From: Candidatus Hydrogenedentota bacterium
GTDB taxonomy: Bacteria > Hydrogenedentota > Hydrogenedentia > Hydrogenedentales > GCA-2746185
Assembly: GCA_046583315.1 (NCBI GenBank)
Contig: JAYGCN010000127.1
Location: forward strand, 1 to 60,615
Length of the DNA stretch: 60,615 nucleotides
Reading direction: 5' to 3'
Part shown: positions 56,888-60,615 of the stretch, piece after piece
How the letters are laid out: the number at the start of each line of letters is the position of its first letter
How positions within the stretch are numbered: the first letter of the stretch is position 1
The notes under the pieces: model-generated
Databases searched by the model: none
What the model was told of the DNA's origin: nothing
The model's input: the letters and a program-made list of their open reading frames with translations, nothing else
Position numbers and translations under genes: made by a program

Positions 56888-58273
56888 ATGGTGACGTGTA
56901 TATCTCCGGTTGATGGATCGGTTTATGTGGAACGGCCTTATGCGGATGCGCCGGGTATTGAGAAATGTCTTGGCGATGCTCGCGCGGCGGCCGGGGATTG
57001 GAAATCGGTATCGATTGGCGATCGCGCGGCGTTGTGCAACGCATTAGTGGATGCGTTTATTGCCAAGAGCGCCGTACATGCCGAGGAATTGGCGTGGCAG
57101 ATGGGGCGGCCGATTCAATATGGTCCTGGCGAAGTGCGGGGCTTTGAGGAACGTGCGCGTTGCATGATCGATGTTGCTGCCGATGCGCTTGCGGATTATC
57201 AGCTGCCTGTGAAAGAGGGTTTCACGCGTTTTATTCGTCGCACGCCGGTGGGTGTGGTGCTAACGGTAGCGCCGTGGAATTATCCTCTGTTGACGGCGGT
57301 GAATAGTATTGTGCCGGCCTTGATGGCGGGTAACGCGGTTGTGTTGAAGCATTCGCATCAGACGCCGTTGTGCGGGGAGCGTTTGGTGGAGGCGGGTATC
57401 AAGGCGGGGTTGCCAGAGGGACTCTTTCAGGTTCTGCATCTTTCTCGCGAACAGACTTCAGAGATTATCCAGTCGCCGATTGTAGGTGGTGTCGCGTTTA
57501 CGGGTTCAGTGTCGGGTGGCGCACAAATCGAACAGGCCGCGGCGGGACGGTTTATTCCTGTGGGCTTGGAGTTGGGCGGCAAGGACCCGGCGTATGTGCG
57601 CCCGGATGCGAATCTGGATCACACGATTGAGAATCTGGTGGATGGGTCGTTTTTTAATTCGGGACAGAGTTGTTGCGGCATAGAACGCGTTTATGTACAC
57701 GCGGATGTTTATGATCGCGTCGTGGATGGCATGGTGGACTTGACGAAGGGATACGCGCTTGGTAATCCGTTGGACGACTCGACGAACCTGGGTCCGATGG
57801 TGCGTACGTCGGCTGCCGATTTCGTACGTGGACAGATTGATGAGGCCGTGGGAGCTGGTGCGAAATCGTTGGTGGATCCTGCTGGATTCGTTGCAAATAA
57901 AGCCGATTCGCCGTATTTGGCTCCGCATATACTGGTGGATGTCGACCATTCGATGCGGGTGATGAGTGAGGAAAGTTTTGGTCCGGTCGTGGGCGTGATG
58001 AAGGTGCGAAATGATGATGAGGCGATTGCGTTGATGAACGATAGCGACCTGGGATTGACGGCGAGCATCTGGAGTGCGGACGAGGATGTTGCGCTGGCTC
58101 TGGGTGATCGCGTGGAGACGGGTACGGTCTTTTTGAATCGTTGCGATTATCTCGATCCGGAGCTGGCATGGACCGGCGTGAAGGATACGGGTCGGGGCGT
58201 GTCGTTGTCGCGATTTGGATACGACCAGTTGACCCGCGCGAAATCATTTCATTATCGAACGAAAATTGATTAG
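56888..58273 (+). CDS. Aldehyde dehydrogenase family protein
   Basis: PWNYP, FTGS, LELGGKDP, FNSGQSCC, EESFGP. Confidence 0.93.
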   Translation: MVTCISPVDGSVYVERPYADAPGIEKCLGDARAAAGDWKSVSIGDRAALCNALVDAFIAKSAVHAEELAWQMGRPIQYGPGEVRGFEERARCMIDVAADALADYQLPVKEGFTRFIRRTPVGVVLTVAPWNYPLLTAVNSIVPALMAGNAVVLKHSHQTPLCGERLVEAGIKAGLPEGLFQVLHLSREQTSEIIQSPIVGGVAFTGSVSGGAQIEQAAAGRFIPVGLELGGKDPAYVRPDANLDHTIENLVDGSFFNSGQSCCGIERVYVHADVYDRVVDGMVDLTKGYALGNPLDDSTNLGPMVRTSAADFVRGQIDEAVGAGAKSLVDPAGFVANKADSPYLAPHILVDVDHSMRVMSEESFGPVVGVMKVRNDDEAIALMNDSDLGLTASIWSADEDVALALGDRVETGTVFLNRCDYLDPELAWTGVKDTGRGVSLSRFGYDQLTRAKSFHYRTKID

Positions 58274-58282
58274 GAGTTCAAC

Positions 58283-59461
58283 GTGAGTGCATTGAGTGGA
58301 AATTGGAATTACCCGACGAATATTCGGTTTGGTGCGGGGCGTATTGCGGAATTGGCGGCGACGTGTCGTGAGTTGGGTATGGAGAATCCGTTGTTGGTGA
58401 CGGATGAAGGGTTGGCGGCGCATGAAATGATTGTTGGCGCGCTGAGCAACTGCGAATCCGAGGGGTTGTCCTGCGGATTGTATAGTAAGGTGAACGGCAA
58501 TCCGACGGGCGCGAATGTGGAGAGTGGTGTCGCGGTCTTTGCGGCGGGAAATCACGACGGGGTGATCGCGTTTGGCGGCGGGAGTGCGTTGGATGCGGGT
58601 AAAGCGGTCGCGTTTATGGCCAATCAGTCGTTGCCGCTCTGGGATTTTGAAGATGTTGGTGATAATTGGACACGCGCGAATTTGGAGGGTCTGTGCCCGG
58701 TGATCGCGGTGCCGACGACCTCGGGTACGGGTTCGGAAGTCGGCCGCGCGAGCGTGATAACGGATGAATCGGTGCATGTGAAGAAGATCATTTTTCATCC
58801 GTGCATGTTGCCGGAGATCGCGTTGTCCGATCCGGAGTTGACGGTCGGTTTGCCTATGCATATTACGGCGGCGGTCGGCATGGACGCGCTGTCTCATTGT
58901 CTCGAGGCTTTTTTTGCGCCGTTTTATCATCCCATGGCGCGGGGTATCGCGGTGGAGGGTTCGCGGTTGGTGAAGGAATGGTTGCCGACGGCGGTTGCGG
59001 ATGGCGCGAACATTGAAGCGCGGTCTCAGATGATGGTGGCGTCGCAGGCTGGCGCGACGGCGTTTCAGCGAGGTCTTGGCGGCATGCACGCGCTGGCGCA
59101 TTCGTTGGGTGCGGTGTATAACGCGCATCATGGCTTGCTGAATGCGATTCTGATGCCTTATGTGTTGCGCGCGAATGAGTCGGTGATTGGTGATGACGCG
59201 GCGTATATGGCGAATTGTCTGGGCATTGATGGCGGGTTGGAGGGGTTGATTGATTGGGTGCTCGCGCTACGTGAGGAAGTTGGCATTCAGCATACGCTGG
59301 CGGAGATTAGTATACAGGACGATGAGACGGAACGGATTGGCGCGATGGCGGTTGAGGATCCTTCTGCTGGCGGGAACCCGATACAATTTACGAAGGAACA
59401 GTACGCGGAGATTTTCCGTTGCGCGCTATCCGGTGAAATGCCGACCATGAACCAGGAGTAA
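58283..59461 (+). CDS. Iron-containing alcohol dehydrogenase
   Basis: GGGSALD, PTTSGTGSE, DALSHCLE, HALAH, HHGLLNA. Confidence 0.93.
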   Translation: MSALSGNWNYPTNIRFGAGRIAELAATCRELGMENPLLVTDEGLAAHEMIVGALSNCESEGLSCGLYSKVNGNPTGANVESGVAVFAAGNHDGVIAFGGGSALDAGKAVAFMANQSLPLWDFEDVGDNWTRANLEGLCPVIAVPTTSGTGSEVGRASVITDESVHVKKIIFHPCMLPEIALSDPELTVGLPMHITAAVGMDALSHCLEAFFAPFYHPMARGIAVEGSRLVKEWLPTAVADGANIEARSQMMVASQAGATAFQRGLGGMHALAHSLGAVYNAHHGLLNAILMPYVLRANESVIGDDAAYMANCLGIDGGLEGLIDWVLALREEVGIQHTLAEISIQDDETERIGAMAVEDPSAGGNPIQFTKEQYAEIFRCALSGEMPTMNQE

Positions 59462-59465
59462 TCCG

Positions 59466-60095
59466 ATGCGGCCACTTTTTGCTTTGCTGTTGATCGCGAT
59501 TGTCGGGAATGGTTGCGTAACGCAGTCGCTCTCGTCTACTGACGATTTCATTCCACTATTTGACGGAAAAACGTTCTATGGCTGGGAGGGCGATCTCGAC
59601 GTTTTCCGTATTGAGGATGGTGCCATTGTTGGAGGAACGTTGGATGAACGGATTTCTCGGAACGAGTTTCTTGCGACGACGAAGTCTTACGGCGATTTCG
59701 AGTTGCACGTGAGCTTCAAGTTGCTCGGTGAAAATGCGAATGCGGGGATTCAATTTCGCACGGAACGTATCCCGAATCATCACGAAGTGTCCGGGTATCA
59801 GGCCGACATGGGGCAGCAATTTTGGGGATGTCTGTATGACGAGTCCCGCCGGAACAAGGTGATAGGGCAGGCGGATGAAGAGGTGGTCGCCAAATTGGTC
59901 CGTCACGAAGATTGGAACGAGTACGTGATTCGCTGTGAAGGTCCGCGTGTACGGCTTTGGTTGAACGGCACTTTGACGGTGGACTACATGGAGCTCGACG
60001 ATTCCATCCCCCGCACCGGCATCATCGCGCTGCAAATTCACGGCGGCCAACCCAGTGAAGCGTGGTACAGGGATATTCGTATACTGGAGTTGTAG
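59466..60095 (+). CDS. DUF1080 (3-keto-disaccharide hydrolase-like) lipoprotein
   Basis: Lipobox GNGC; LFDGKTFYGW, NAGIQFR, GYQAD, WNEY, GIIALQIH. Confidence 0.9.
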   Translation: MRPLFALLLIAIVGNGCVTQSLSSTDDFIPLFDGKTFYGWEGDLDVFRIEDGAIVGGTLDERISRNEFLATTKSYGDFELHVSFKLLGENANAGIQFRTERIPNHHEVSGYQADMGQQFWGCLYDESRRNKVIGQADEEVVAKLVRHEDWNEYVIRCEGPRVRLWLNGTLTVDYMELDDSIPRTGIIALQIHGGQPSEAWYRDIRILEL

Positions 60096-60121
60096 TGAAT
60101 ATCGCGGACGGTTAATCACCC

Positions 60122-60615
60122 CTAGAGATTGCGTTTTAGAATCCGATCCAGTAACGACCTTTTTCGACGGAACGCATAGATCGGTCGTTCGTCGTGGCGA
60201 TAGATCGTAAAGTCAATCGCCTTGCCCCAAGAAAACCCATCGCCGGGTGCCGCGTTTCGCAGGTCCCTGACGTATAGGTCATCGTCCAACGAAGCCGCAA
60301 AGTCTCGTAGCATTGGATCGGTCGAATCTTTGCAGTCGGCTACACGTAGAAGCCCGGGGTCGTTCTCCCAGACGTCGCACACTTTTTCTTCGTGAACGAC
60401 GTTGACCAAACTTTGGCCATCATCCATACACATTTTGAATGTTTCGATGATGAATTCCGATAGTGCATTGCTCTGAAATAAAAACACCGGAGCATCATGA
60501 CACCGGTACCAGACAGGGCCGATTGACTCCGTGTCTCGTCGCAATTCCAACACCCGATCATTTCCGAATCCATCGGTAGCGATTCGAATCCCACAGGGAA
60601 TCAACTCCTGAAAGT
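60122..60615 (-). CDS. SMI1/KNR4-family-like protein (5' partial)
   Basis: IATDGFGN, GPVWYRCHDAPV; frame stays open to the window edge (FQELIPCG). Confidence 0.65.
   Translation of the reverse strand, partial: FQELIPCGIRIATDGFGNDRVLELRRDTESIGPVWYRCHDAPVFLFQSNALSEFIIETFKMCMDDGQSLVNVVHEEKVCDVWENDPGLLRVADCKDSTDPMLRDFAASLDDDLYVRDLRNAAPGDGFSWGKAIDFTIYRHDERPIYAFRRKRSLLDRILKRNL

Noticed and set aside
1..60615. CRISPR array, rRNA, transposase/integrase, prophage or defence-system genes
   Set aside because: No regularly spaced repeat-spacer array and no recognisable motifs for these in any ORF

Overview
A 60.6 kb chromosomal window from a GC-moderate diderm bacterium. The gene mix (many secreted, sulfatase-fold and sugar-active proteins) resembles Hydrogenedentota/Planctomycetota-type genomes, which is inference only. 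Housekeeping content: tRNA-Val(TAC), mutS, an NAD kinase, a ccsA-hemA-hemC-hemD-hemB operon and htpG. Accessory content: a sialic-acid cluster (nanA, a NanM-Kelch/sodium-symporter fusion, a BNR sialidase-like protein), a surface-glycan locus (WcaJ-type priming transferase, GT4, TPR protein, flippase/sulfatase-fold fusion), tandem beta-helix paralogues, a PadR plus membrane partner module and several redox or glycoside enzymes. I saw no CRISPR array, integrase or transposase. The most notable unexplained signals are: (1) three tandem, highly diverged paralogous two-TM microproteins sharing an ungapped P-x-L-x-x-I-x-H...Q motif; (2) a flippase-TM protein fused to a Thr-type sulfatase-fold domain beside a glycan-priming operon; (3) a dispersed four-copy palindromic intergenic element, with abrupt local GC-skew changes at it and at short tandem repeats; (4) a DnaA-box cluster at about 6.6 kb; (5) a degenerate RPE-like gene paired with a CYTH gene; (6) a tRNA-anticodon-arm duplicate at the window edge. 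All family calls come from motif recognition by eye; no database searches were run. Many start codons were re-picked using RBS evidence.
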